This document shows positions 1-13,807 of a stretch of DNA of 64,000 nt, in pieces. Under the pieces are notes generated by a model. It was not told the origin of the DNA. It saw only the letters and a program-made list of their open reading frames with translations, and did no database searches. The position numbers were made by a program, and so were the translations under genes. The stretch is from Octopus vulgaris (taxonomy: Eukaryota), in NCBI GenBank assembly GCA_951406725.2, contig OX597833.1, positions 72,788,001 through 72,852,000 on the forward strand. The letters are read 5' to 3'. The first letter of the stretch is position 1. Every line of letters starts with the position of its first letter.

Positions 1-370
<370 letters not shown>

Positions 371-665
371 GCGTTTAGATATCATCAATAGTTGAGTCTG
401 GACCAAATTATTATTGAGGAAATATTGATAAAGGTCACGTGTCGAAAGAGTGAAAGAAACAAAGGAGTGGATGGCAGACGACAGGGGTGGGGCGGGCAGA
501 GACACAAGGAGAATAGAGTTACACTCACACACACACACGTAGATATAGACATATATATATATACTCATTACATGTATACATACTTATGTACATGCATATA
601 TATATATACGCATACAATGTGTGCGAGTGTGTGTTTTTTGTATAGAGGATTGGTCGATAGATAGC

Positions 666-745
<80 letters not shown>

Positions 746-1544
746 CTGACAGGCAGATAGAGAGCGAGAGAGAGCGAGAGAGAGGCATGTGACAGTGTAT
801 AGTTGCTATCTGGACAGGCGGTCAGACATACCGGAAGCAGACAAATCATCAAATATATAGATTTTGACCAAAAACGGGATATGTTGGTATAGAAATGTGT
901 GTTATAGCTACATAAGAGGACACAAACATATTACTGGTGACATATTTTAACATGTTTAGATGCATGGAATCCAAAGTCGACGCTTGTTATTGTCAATCCG
1001 GACTGGGAGAGAGATCTGTGATCACCAGTGACTATAGCCATTGCCATAAGGTGTTTTGTTTTGAAATAGTGTAGCATGGGATACATTAGCCATTATGTGC
1101 TTTCATAAGAGGATAGGGTTATAGTTTAAAGCTTTATTCCACTAGTATTTCTACCACCAGGCTCAGGTTTCGTCAATCAACAGGATTGTAACACGGAATG
1201 TAAGAAAATACGAAACTAAATATTTAAGAGACATATATTATATGACGCTTCCGGCAGCCGTCTGCCACCCCGTCGTCAATAGAGAAATATTTTGACAGAG
1301 AGATTGAGAGGGAGAGAGAGGGTGATTCAATAGGAAATCTATTGACGATAGTGGGGAGGAGAAGCAATGAAGGGAAGGAAGAGGAAAAGGAAGTTGAATA
1401 GATAAGAGAGGGAGAGGAGAAAGAAGGGGCAGTTAAAGGGATGAGGATTAGGAGGAGGCAAGAAATTGGAAAAATAATGAACGGTTTAGATTGATATAGA
1501 GAGAGAGGAGGAGTAAGATTGAGCAATGAAAGGAGACCGAAGCA

Positions 1545-1920
1545 CAGAGAGAGAGAGGGGGGGAGCTGAGGTGAATGAGAGAGAGTGAGAGAGAGAAGAG
1601 AGAGAGAGAAGAGAGAAGAAGAGATAGAGAGAGAGCTGAAGTGAATGAGAGAGAGTGAGAGAGAGAAGAAGAGATAGAGAGAGAGCTGAAGTGAATGAGA
1701 GAGAGTGAGAGAGAGAAGAGAGAGAGAGTGCGAGAGAAGAAGAGATAGAGAGAGAGCTGAAGTGAACGAGAGTGAGTGAGAGAGAGAAGAAGAAGAAGAG
1801 AGAGAGAGAGAGAGAGAGAGAGCTGAAGTGAATGAGAGAGAGTGAGAGAGAGAAGAAGAGAGAGAGAGAGCTGAAGTGAATGAGAGAGAGTGAGAGAGAA
1901 GAAGAGAGAGAGAGAGAGAA
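1545..1920. repeat. GA-rich minisatellite, units of about 50-70 bp anchored on GCTGAAGTGAATGAGAGAGAGTGAGAGAGAAG
   Basis: Six recurrences of the anchor, some with a mismatch. Confidence 0.9.
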
Positions 1921-2028
1921 GAATGTGGCCAAGAGAATTGCGGAGAGGCAGGAGAGGAAGAGTATGAAAGAAGAAAAGAAGTGGGAAGGTGGGGGATGAA
2001 ATGGTAATAAGAATGGAAATAATATTCC

Positions 2029-2453
2029 TTTCTATTGTAGGTCCAAGGGCTGAAATTAGGGAGACGGGTGGGGGGGGTAGTCGATTACATCTCACCCGGT
2101 ACTCACCCGGTACTCACCCGGTACTCAACTGGTACTTAATTTATTCGACCCACGGAAGGATGAAAAGCAAAGTCGACTTCGAAGGAATTTGAACTCAAAA
2201 CGTAGCAACGGGCGAAATACCTATTTCTTTACTACCCACAAGGGGCTAAACACAGAGGGGACAAAACAAGGACAGACAAACGGATTAAGTCGATTATATC
2301 GATCGCAGTGCGTAAATGGTACTTATTTAATCGACCCCGAAAAGATGAAAGGCAAAGTCGACCTCGGCGGAATTTGAACTCAGAACGTAGCGGCAGACGA
2401 AATACTGCAAAGCATTTCGCCCGGCGTGCTAACAATTCTGCCAGCTTGGCACC

Positions 2454-2454
<1 letters not shown>
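2029..2454 (-). mobile_element. Tandem/nested pair of tRNA-derived SINEs (family A; central GTCGACTTTGCCTTTCATCCTTTCGGGGTCGAT domain)
   Basis: Minus strand has A-box-like TGGCAGAATTGTTAG and B-box GAGTTCAAATTCC; near-identical to the plus-strand copy at 53909-54133; includes an 11-bp triplication (TCACCCGGTAC). Confidence 0.85.
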
Positions 2455-2486
<32 letters not shown>

Positions 2487-2662
2487 GGTGGTGATAGGGG
2501 TGGGGAATTAAGTGCAGGGGATGGGGTGATTCCCTGCAACTTTAAAGAAACTAAGGAAGACTTAAGCCTTGCAAGAACACAAAATTCGGTTAATGAACAC
2601 TGAGCGCCGGTTTCGATTCTATACTAAAGCACTTACGCACACAGAAATAAATAAACACACGC

Positions 2663-2706
<44 letters not shown>

Positions 2707-2891
2707 ACATACACACACATATACACACACATACACACATACACACACATACACACATGCACACACTCGCGCACATATAAACAGACGGAAACACATACAC
2801 GCATACATACATACATACATATCTCCATGGGGTATATGTATGTGTGTGTAGATGTGTGTATATATGTGTATGTAGGTATGAATATATGCTT

Positions 2892-2980
<89 letters not shown>

Positions 2981-3199
2981 TATATAAATATGCCCATTAT
3001 TACATACAACAGGAATCTTAAAAGAAATACACGCATATTTGAAACAAACCCACAAACACATCAACAGATACAAGGTTTATGTGTATGACATCACGAATAT
3101 CTTGGTTTAATGTGTCTTTATATATATATAATGTATGTTTAAATATATTTTTATATATACATATTCACGCTTATATTTGATCTGTATAACCATAATGCA

Positions 3200-3255
<56 letters not shown>

Positions 3256-3390
3256 TTTATTTAAAGCAGCAGAAAATATTTCTTTTTGTTGAATTTTTTT
3301 TTTCTGCTGCTTTAAATAAAGCATATTACTCTACCATTGGTATTTGAGTACTCTTTTTTCCGCCTTGTTTCACATTTATGTGTTTACTCC

Positions 3391-3463
<73 letters not shown>

Positions 3464-4255
3464 TTATTTATTTATTTATTTGTGTATATACATAGACAAA
3501 CACACAGATACATACATACATACTGAATATTACATTTTTGGTGTGCCTGTCTCTACATGTATGTATGTATGTATAGATGGGTGGATGGATGGATGGATGG
3601 ATGGATGGATGGGTGGGTGGATGGATGGGTGGGTGGGTGGGTGGATGTGTGAATCTAGGTATAACATACATACACGTAAACCTAAAACAGAACGAAAGAC
3701 AATAAAAGGTGAGATTTGAAAGAGAAAGAACGACGTGAAAAGACGGCGATGATTCATCGGTGAACGTGTTTCAGCGAATCACACCACGGGGGTGGTTTCA
3801 TTGACGTCACACCTCGTGCGGTCAGAGAGGAAAAGAATGAAGGACACAACCTCACGTAATATCTCCAGGACGTCCACACCCTCTGAAACCAAAACCAACT
3901 GGACACAGATCCTGTTTTTGAGCACCAAGTACAATATGGATGTGTGTGTGTGTGCGCGCGCGTGTGCGTGCGTGTGTGTGTGTGTCTCTTTTTCATGTTA
4001 CGTGTTATGGTGTTACTCAGGCTCTGAACTCCGAGTCCCTTGCATTTTATAACGGAAACAGCTGTAAGCTAATGACGTTTAATTCCTTTGTCATCTCATC
4101 TTATTACCGCTCTGTACTCGACTAACGCTTCTTTCTGGACCACGTATATACTGAGTTCTACACCAATTTATTAGTCTAGCAATGCCTAAGCGAAATATAT
4201 ATATACATACATACATATATACATATATATATATACACATACACACACACGCACG

Positions 4256-4310
<55 letters not shown>

Positions 4311-4487
4311 GTATATATATATATGTATATATATATATATGTATATATATATGTGTGTGTGTAAATAGTTAAATACATACAAGGCCTTGCTTTTTGAGCC
4401 CAAAAATTAACTTAACTATATACATACATTTGTCCAGATATACATACAATACATCAATCCATTCATCTACACGCACACGCACACACA

Positions 4488-4534
<47 letters not shown>

Positions 4535-5441
4535 GTGCTTGGTTTGTTCCCAAAAGAAAACCATTGCTTAACTCACGCCACAGCCGAACACTTTCTCTCA
4601 AACTTTCCGATTTTCACTTCATACTTTCACTTTGTAAATTATCTGTTTTCTAAACACTATAAAGCGGAAGTAGGTCGTGTGTCACGTGAATGGGAAGGGA
4701 AAATGGGGAGAGAGCGAGGAAAGGTAAGAGATAAAAGGAGAGTTGAAGGAAGCAAGATTCTATATTTGTGAGACAGAGGAAGAGAGAGAGAGAGGAGCGA
4801 AATAGAAATTGTAGGGTTACTAAGAAGGAGAGTGATGTCACTGAGTGAAAAATGAGGTCGTCCTAACCACTGCAAGTCTCTTTGCTTTGGTTTAAGAGAC
4901 TTGAAAGCCAAGATTACAAGATTCGGAGGAATAAAACCATCTGGGGAAAATGGCGAAAGCCAGAGGACGAGAAAGTGAAGATCGAACATTATAAAGACAA
5001 GAAAATGAATTACAGTAGGAACTTGAAGCTCCTGGGGAGAGACTATTCCAGAAGGAAAGGGAGATTCAGAAAAGCGAGTGGGGGAGAGGGGGAGAGTTTG
5101 TTTCATTACTTTAAGAAAAAAGCCTCAGAAAACAAAGAATCTGTTTACAAAAATTCTTCCCATGAATTTTGAGAAAGGCGAGAAATAGTCGAACGATGTC
5201 TGAAAAAAGGGATGTTTAGAATTTTTTTAAATGATACGAAACTGTGGCTAAAGAAAAAGATATTAAGCGGCTCAAGAAAACAAACAAACAAATAAACAAA
5301 AAAGACATTCTAATTCTTAATTCAAATGTTTTGTTACTGAAATGGAGAAGCAGTGAGGCTGACATTTGTTCCTTGTCTGTGGAATCGGCACATAGTGACA
5401 TGTGTGTCAACACGCTATCTTTAAGATAACGTGTTAGTGTG

Positions 5442-5498
<57 letters not shown>

Positions 5499-5994
5499 CA
5501 TATATGGAAATACACATGCTTGCATGCATACATCCATGGACTGATTCGATCTCTTGATCTCAGATAAACAGTTTGGTACATCCACCATTTCATTCTGCCA
5601 TTGCAAATACCAACCAAGAAGGAAGCGTTCAGAAGGCCACCTGACCGACTAGAAATAATAGCCAGACCTCCCTTAAATTGCACTCCATCACCTTGAAAAA
5701 TATATTTACTCCGAAAACAAGAATAAAAAAAAATACTACGGAATGATTATGGCTGGGAAGAAAGTCTTTGGTCACGAGTTCAATTCCCGGCTGCCTTGGA
5801 TAACATTTCTGTCCTGGACCAGATAAATATTCCACAACCTAATCTAATAAGTTCGATCTCGGTTCATTTATTGGTTATTGGCAGAAATGTAGAAGACAGA
5901 TTCGGTAGACGACTAATGGAGTGTAAATGTAGTTGTTGAGTCGAAGAGGTAATAACACAGACGGGTAAATAGAGAGACGGATGGATGGGTGGGT

Positions 5995-7100
<1,106 letters not shown>

Positions 7101-7532
7101 GAAATGAAGGCTGGTGGAAACTGCGAAGATAAAAAGAAAAGAGAAAAGGAAAACGTGAAAAAGAAAGGAAAACCTGTTTAATGAGACATTAAAGTTACTT
7201 TCAGTTCATGTGTGGGGGGGGAGAGAAGTTCGATTGGGTTTCGTTCTTCTAAATGCACAATTATAAAAACACATGGAACACACCTACGACAACAAAATGC
7301 GTGTATGTTTATGCAGACATATAAGTGATGAAAACACCAGGTCTTGCTCGTTCGTCCGTTCGAACATACACACACACATGTGTACACACTGACGCACACA
7401 CACACACACACACACACGCGCGCGCACACGCGCGCACACACACACACATGTGCAAAAACAAACAAAACGAACGCAGCTCTGATGACGGACGGAGGTGGCA
7501 AGAAGCCACAAAAATATAGTTTTCCTGTGTGT

Positions 7533-7584
<52 letters not shown>

Positions 7585-7607
7585 TGCGAGTGCGTTTGTA
7601 TGTGTGT

Positions 7608-7645
<38 letters not shown>

Positions 7646-7735
7646 CGAGTGCGTTTGTATGTGTGTTTTCATGTATGTGTATGGTTGTGTATATATACAT
7701 AAGGTGCATATCTGCATATATATTTATATATTTAC

Positions 7736-8428
7736 CTTGTTGGCGTAGAGCTTCATTTTAAATCTGTCAAAATAATAATAATCGTCGACTTCTTCTTCGC
7801 TCAGATCGTTATATTTGGAGACGGCATCGAAGCCGAACGCTTCGAACTCGCCCGAGGGTCGCAACAAAAGGCAGGTCGGTGTCTTGTGCAGCATAAAGCC
7901 CTGGGTTTGACCCCAGTTCTTGTTCGTAAAAATGGCATCGATCTCGGAACTCAACGAATAAGCGTAACCAGAGAACGTGGTGCCGAAATCGATGGCGGTG
8001 ACCAGCGAAAAACTTTCGGCCGGCTCTTCGCCCTCGCCGTCCACATCCAGCTGACCCATTTCACGGCATAATTCCGAATTCATCCCGGTCGAGTTGATCA
8101 TTATAGCGCCTGATCCGGCACTGTTCACCATGCCCGCCGGCGCCGCCTCCGACGCGCCGCACACGTCGCCGTTCGTGTAAGCTCCAACGTCATCGCCGTC
8201 ATTGATGCCGTCCCCGTTGATGGAAAACGGCGGCACTTTGTCCTGCTCCTCCGAGTCGTCGCGGACATGCCGTGCCGCCGGGGTCGGCTTCGTGTGTCCG
8301 CCGCTGGTGATAGTTGTGGTGGTGGTGGTTGACGCGTGGTTGTTGTTGTTTAGAGACGTTGGTGGCGGCGGTGGGGCGTGTTCTGTCGGCGGTTTGTCGT
8401 CAAAGTCCAACTCCGTCGACGACATCAT
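7736..8428 (-). CDS. HSPA12A: First coding exon of a heat shock 70 kDa protein 12A/B-like (atypical Hsp70) gene; 231 codons, phase-0 intron follows
   Basis: Translation contains LVTAIDFGTTFSGYAYS...KTPTCLLLRPSGEFEAFGFDAVSKYNDL...YYYFDRFKMKLY, the HSPA12-type N-terminal ATPase segment. GC-rich codon-like sequence in an AT-rich context. ATG at 8428, donor AAG|GTAAAT at 7736/7735. The A versus B paralogue assignment is not resolvable. Confidence 0.92.
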
Positions 8429-8801
8429 CAATCTGTTGTTTATGTTGTGTGCGTGTGTATATATTTATAGACGTGTGTGTGTGTGTATGGGTGGTGTATG
8501 TGCGTATGTGTGTGTGTTTATATATGCATATTAAATGTATTACGTGCGAATATATGGCGGTGTGAGTAATGCCTTGTGGTGTTTGTTATAGAGACGCAGT
8601 CGTATTTGTGTGAGTGTTTATGAGGTATATTGTGTATGTGGGTATGTGTGTGTGTGTGTGTGTGTGTGTAAGTGTGTGTAAGTGTGTGTGTGTGTGTGTG
8701 TGTAAGTGTGTGTGTGTGTGTGTGTGTGTGTGTAAGTGTGTGTGTGTGTGTGTAAATATTCGTAAGGCTGAGACTAGATAGATGTGTCCGTGTGTGTTTG
8801 T

Positions 8802-8876
8802 TTATTGCTGCCCGGTTGGCCGTTCGTCTCGTCGGCTGCTGCTCTCCTCCCGAAATCCGTTCGCTTCTTCTTCCAT
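8802..8876 (-). other. Putative upstream ORF (MEEEANGFREESSSRRDERPTGQQ*) in the presumed HSPA12 5' leader
   Basis: ATG in context gcgATGG, 24 codons, then TAA; lies in a CpG-rich non-repetitive island upstream of the main ATG. Transcription is not shown. Confidence 0.4.
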
Positions 8877-8996
8877 CGCACTCGATCGAGTAAAGTCACT
8901 CTCTACACTGACACAGCGACGACTCACTCTCCAAGACGGCCGCTGCTACAACTACTACTACTACTATTGCTGCTGCTGCTGCTGCTGATGTTGTTG

Positions 8997-9028
<32 letters not shown>

Positions 9029-9079
9029 ATTTCTGCTGCTGCTGCTGCTATTGCAAGTCGTCGTGCATCAGTTATTCTT

Positions 9080-9113
9080 GTAACTGGTTTTGCTGCAAAA
9101 AAGACTGTGAGGG

Positions 9114-9148
<35 letters not shown>

Positions 9149-9330
9149 GAGAGGAGGAGGAAATAGAGAAAGGGAGAAAGAGTGAGAGAGGAGGAGGAGG
9201 AAATAGAGAAAGGGAGAAAGAGTGAGAGGAGGAGAGAGTGAGAGAGGGTAACTGTATACGTCTGGTAGAGAGTGTACATCCGGGAGTGTGTGTGTGTGTG
9301 TATGAGAGAGAGAGAGAGAGAGGGGGGAGA
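9080..9330 (-). promoter_or_regulatory. Probable promoter/TSS region of the HSPA12-like gene (CT/GA tracts followed by Inr-like TCACAGTC)
   Basis: GAGA-type tracts directly upstream of a CAG/TAG-repeat, CpG-rich leader; inferred from position only. Confidence 0.3.
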
Positions 9331-9408
9331 GAGAATTTCTTATACTTCTGTATACTCGTGGTAGAAAATGTGTGAGTATATATATGTGTGTGTGTGTGTG
9401 TATGTTTG

Positions 9409-9562
<154 letters not shown>

Positions 9563-9570
9563 TGTGTGTG

Positions 9571-9601
<31 letters not shown>

Positions 9602-9608
9602 ATATATA

Positions 9609-9639
<31 letters not shown>

Positions 9640-10255
9640 GTGTGTGTGTGTTTGTGTGTGTGTGTATGTGTGTGTATGTGTGTGTGTGTGGGTGTGTATG
9701 GTTGTGTATATATATATAAATATGCCTGTATGTATATGGTGCTTCGATTGATGCAGTGTCGGTAATAGTGGTGGTGGTGGTGGTGGTGGTGGTGGTGTAT
9801 ATTATCTGATGGTGTAGTGGCGGTAGAGGTGTTGTTGTTGTTGGTGGTGGTGGTGGCTGATGGAATGACGGTGATGTGGAGCGGAGGAAGAGGTGGGGGG
9901 GGAGAAATACTGATGAGTATTACGTGAATCAAGGTTGAATGGGGTGGGGATGACACTGACGATAACGATGAAGGTGATGGTCGTGATGATGATGGTGATG
10001 ACGACTACGACGACGACGACGACGACGATGATGATGATGATGATGTTATTGTTTTGGGGGTTGTGGTGGCGGCGATGGCGATGGTGCCGTCATCATTGTT
10101 AAGTGATATTGACGAAGTAACCGCGGTAGGGTGGAATTGGTGAGAGTGGTGATTGGCATGGATGGAGGGTTATGATGGGGGTAAGGGAGGACGAGAGACG
10201 GGGATGAGGAAGGAAAGAAAGACAGACAAAAAGAATACAATCGCAGTTTAACGCC

Positions 10256-10373
10256 GTAACCTTTGACCTCCTTCAGTAACCTTTGACCTCCTTCAGTAAC
10301 CTTTGACCTTCTTCAGTAACCTTTGCTCTCCTTCAGCAAGCCTTGGTCTTCTTCGGTGACCCTTCACCTCTTC
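10256..10373. repeat. 20-bp tandem repeat GTAACCTTTGACCTCCTTCA, about 6 units (3 near-perfect)
   Basis: Directly visible; decays rightwards. Confidence 0.93.
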
Positions 10374-10635
10374 TATTAAGTCCTTGAAATCAGCGCCCAG
10401 CTCAGTTATTGTTGAAGTGGAAATGATACACCCCCTGCCACGTGACAAGTGGTATGAAGGATCCAGTCACTATAAAGTCAGTCGTCGTGGGACAATTGCC
10501 GTCAGTAGTAGTAGAGTCGTTGTACGAGTTCTTAGTTGGCGTCAGTGTCAGTTACGTGATATATACGGGTTCGAGTCACGTCAAAGTAGACGTTGCAAGT
10601 CATTGTCTTGCGGAGCTATCAGTGATAACATGATG

Positions 10636-10980
10636 ATAGACGAGTCAAAGATAGACGAGTCAAAGATGGACGAGTCAAAGATGGACGAGTCAAAGATAGA
10701 CGAGTCAAAGATGGACGAGTCAAAGATGGACGAGTCAAAGATGGACGAGTCAAAGATGGACGAGTCAAAGATGGACGAGTCAAAGATAGACGAGTCAAAG
10801 ATGGACGAGTCAAAGATGGACGAGTCAAAGATGGATGAGTCAAAGTTTGACGAATCAAAGATGGACGAGTCAAAGATGGACGAGTCAAAGATGGACGAAT
10901 CAAAGATAGACGAGTCAAAGATGGACGAGTCAAAGATAGGCGAGTCAAAGACAGACGAGTCAAAGACAGACGAGTCAAAG
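10636..10980. repeat. 15-bp minisatellite ATGGACGAGTCAAAG x23
   Basis: 23 units counted from the (M/I/F/T)DESK translation. Confidence 0.97.
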
Positions 10981-11128
10981 ATACGGCCACAACATAACTG
11001 TGGTGATAAGAACATTACAGTGGCGACAACAAACTGGACAGAAGAAGCACACAACATAATAACGCGTTGTAACAGTTGCAGATATATATACTTCGTTGCA
11101 GAACCGTGGCGCCCACAACACACACACA

Positions 11129-11180
<52 letters not shown>

Positions 11181-11428
11181 TTTATATGTATATAGAGAGA
11201 AAGAAGGGGGAGAGAAAGAGAGACGAGTACAAGGATATCAAAAGCCTTTCAACATAAGTTCTTGATTTCAATTATCTGCGCCTTTCCATGACGCAGCATA
11301 ATTACTGAGCAGCAATTAAGGCTAACCTCGCATGAAGACGAGCGATAATAATAAGATTGAAAAATTCTCCAAAGTTTACCTGGCATTAAGGAAAAGGACC
11401 GGCTAATTTTCTGGAAATAAGAAGGTAG

Positions 11429-11471
11429 TCGTGGATACGTGTTTCTGGCTCTGTGGCTATCATCAGTACAA
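11429..11471 (-). ncRNA. Minimal type I hammerhead ribozyme motif, partly decayed
   Basis: Minus strand: ttgta CTGATGA tagc-cacaga-gcca GAAA CACGTA TC cacga; core intact, one mismatch in each stem. Confidence 0.6.
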
Positions 11472-12390
11472 TAACTGACTTTATCTTCTGTAGTCAAGAT
11501 ACATAGACTTCTCCAAAAAAAAAAAAAAAAAAAAAAGAGAGAACATATTTATGGCCTGGGAAATTTGCATTATTTAAACAAAAATCAGCGGAGAGAAATA
11601 ACTGAGAGTGGCTGCTGCGTCACACCACCTGTCAGGTGGGAAGGGTTGTAGCATTTTTACTACAACAGTTATACCAATAGGTAAGGGTGTAATTAAAACT
11701 GTGCGTCGTTAGTTCGGGAATTGTATTTATTTGAATAAGACAAGCCAAGCTTAGTAGTCTTAGGCCCAGCAAGTGGTAGAGGGACTGGGGTGGGGGAAGG
11801 TTTAGTAGTAAAGTGAAGACAGTTGAGAATGGAGTGGTCAGAATGAAGGAAATGGCAAAACCAAACGAAATCGAACGGGTGGCCTCTGTGGTACATAACA
11901 AGTTGAGATGCATAGAAACATAGCACAAGAAAGAGAAGTGTTTGTTGAAAGTCATCGGAAGGGACAATCAACAGAAACCGAAAGGAGGAAGAAAACCAGA
12001 GCTGACGAGTAGCAAAGACCAACTGGTTCAAGAAACGTGAAACTGATTCGGGTTAAACGAGTAAATAAAGCGAGATGAAGAGACAGAGCGAAGAGGAAGG
12101 AGTGGCAAAGACGAAGAGGAGCTGAGCGAAGCGGGTCGACAGGAAGCTGAAAAGAGGATTGGGAAGTGAAGGGAAATGGATTGCAAGGGGAATGAGGAGC
12201 TGATGAGGAGAGAAAAAGGGTTGAAGGTTTAATGCAAAGTGCCATAGGGAGATGAAGAAATAATAAAAAGTATTTAAAGACCATTCGGCTTGGCATACTT
12301 CCGGTCCTGCTTGAAGGTTGGCGAATACACAATGCAGTAAAATGTACAACCTCTAAAGCAGCAACAGAAGAAGAAGTCTAAGGCCTAAAT

Positions 12391-13200
12391 CGGGCATGGG
12401 CAACCTGCGGTCCGCGAGCCAGATCTGGCCCACGAAGCCTTTTTTTCTGGCGCGCGGAGACCTGTAGCAGTATGGCGGTGAAGTGGTGAATTTGCTAGTC
12501 TGGCCGACTCGTAGACTAAATAGGCCAAAACGAAACAAGCTTTCGTGGAATGCACTTTAGCAAAAATTCTAGGAAAGGTTAAAAGAGTAAATTCGTAGAA
12601 TTAAAATCGAAAAAGTGCGACTCGTGTTTCCCCGAAAAAAAACCCCAGGAAACCTCAGTAATAAGATGAAACTAAGCAGAAGTCGGACCAGTCGGTGAGC
12701 AGCTGACTTTCAATCGGTCGGGTTATTTCTTCTCGACACTAGCGACTGGTCAACATGTCATTCACGCCCTCACTCAAATTCTCTCGAAACCAAGAACCAG
12801 TTTAGTGAACGACCAAGCTACGAACTCAAGACATTCCAAGCCTATTAATTTGCTAATATGCAAAGGCCAGAAATAACTCAAATGTATTTATTCAAACAAA
12901 TGACTATCGAGAATATCAGTCACACACAATCGACTGCTTCATTCTTATTCCTCTGATCAAGTTTATATTTTCTTTATATAAAGTTTATATTTCACTCTCC
13001 AACATATGCTCCGTTATTTATCACCACAATCCATATTTATTCCTCGAATTATCCAACCCTAAAATGTCGTCATCAAGAAAGAGAAAAGTGGACAACGAAT
13101 CCCGAGCGTTCCAAGAAAAGTGGACCATCGATCATTTTCTCCTACAAATCAATCAGTTTCTGTCATTAAAGAATATAATGCAAAAAGACTCTACAGACAA
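12391..13200 (+). mobile_element. 5' remnant of a hAT-Charlie/SPIN-like DNA transposon
   Basis: Terminus CGGGCATGGGCAACCTGCGGTCCGCGAGCCAGATCTGGCCC typical of Charlie-group hATs; from ATG 13064 MSSSRKRKVDNESRAFQEKWTIDHF...(frameshift)VSVIKEYN resembles SPIN/GTF2IRD2-type transposase N-termini. Confidence 0.8.
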
Positions 13201-13269
13201 ATGAGAGAAAACGCGGGGGAGGGGGGAGTGTTAATCTCCTCAAATCGGACGAGTGAAATGATGCTGTTA

Positions 13270-13715
13270 AACATCTTCTAACTAATTTTTCATGTGCTTT
13301 TGTCTTTGCAATTAATTTCATTTTCTTTGCAGCAGCATTTGGTGCATTTCCTTCAACCTGATCAATCTGGTGGGTATCTAAGAGATCAGTAGCAAATGTT
13401 TTGCTCTCTTTCAGATTAGAGTGAAGTTTTTTCGGTCTTTCATGTTTTTCAACAAGTTTTAGCATCAAATCGTTGGTTGTTTCAAGGTATTTGGCCCGTC
13501 CGATTGTGGTAGTTTTGTACGTAAATTTAAGCTGGATCAAGCCTCGACCTCCCTGAGTTCTTGGAAGGTAAAGACGATCCACCTCTGCCTTTGGATGGTG
13601 CATCTTATTACAAGTCAGCAGCTTGAGGATTTTTCTGTCAATTTTCATTATTTCACTGGTATTCCAGTTAAGCACATTGAAGCTATAAAGAACAACTGGG
13701 ACTGCTAAGGAATTA
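13270..13715 (-). mobile_element. R4/Dong-like non-LTR retrotransposon fragment (post-RT region)
   Basis: LAVPVVLYSFNVLNW...IDRKILKLLTCNKMHHPKAEVDRLYLPRTQGGRGLIQL is characteristic of RLE-type (R4 clade) elements. Confidence 0.85.
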
Positions 13716-13764
13716 TTATTAGCAGTCCTAATTGTTCTTTATAGCTTGTGCTTAACATTCCTTA

Positions 13765-13807
<43 letters not shown>

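Noticed and set aside
4882-5172. Lys-rich ORF, possibly an L1/Tx1 C-terminal relic
   Set aside because: Purine-rich composition explains it; motifs too weak to call
10636-10980. CRISPR-like array
   Set aside because: Head-to-tail repeats with no unique spacers, no cas genes, eukaryotic context
10384-11265. 293-aa ORF containing (MDESK)n as a real gene
   Set aside because: TTG start; length explained by a 15-bp array and a (CA)n tract; the array is also open on the minus strand; no splice or homology support
11630-12350. Overlapping minus-strand ORFs of 98-126 aa
   Set aside because: No recognisable domain or splice structure; probably decayed TE sequence
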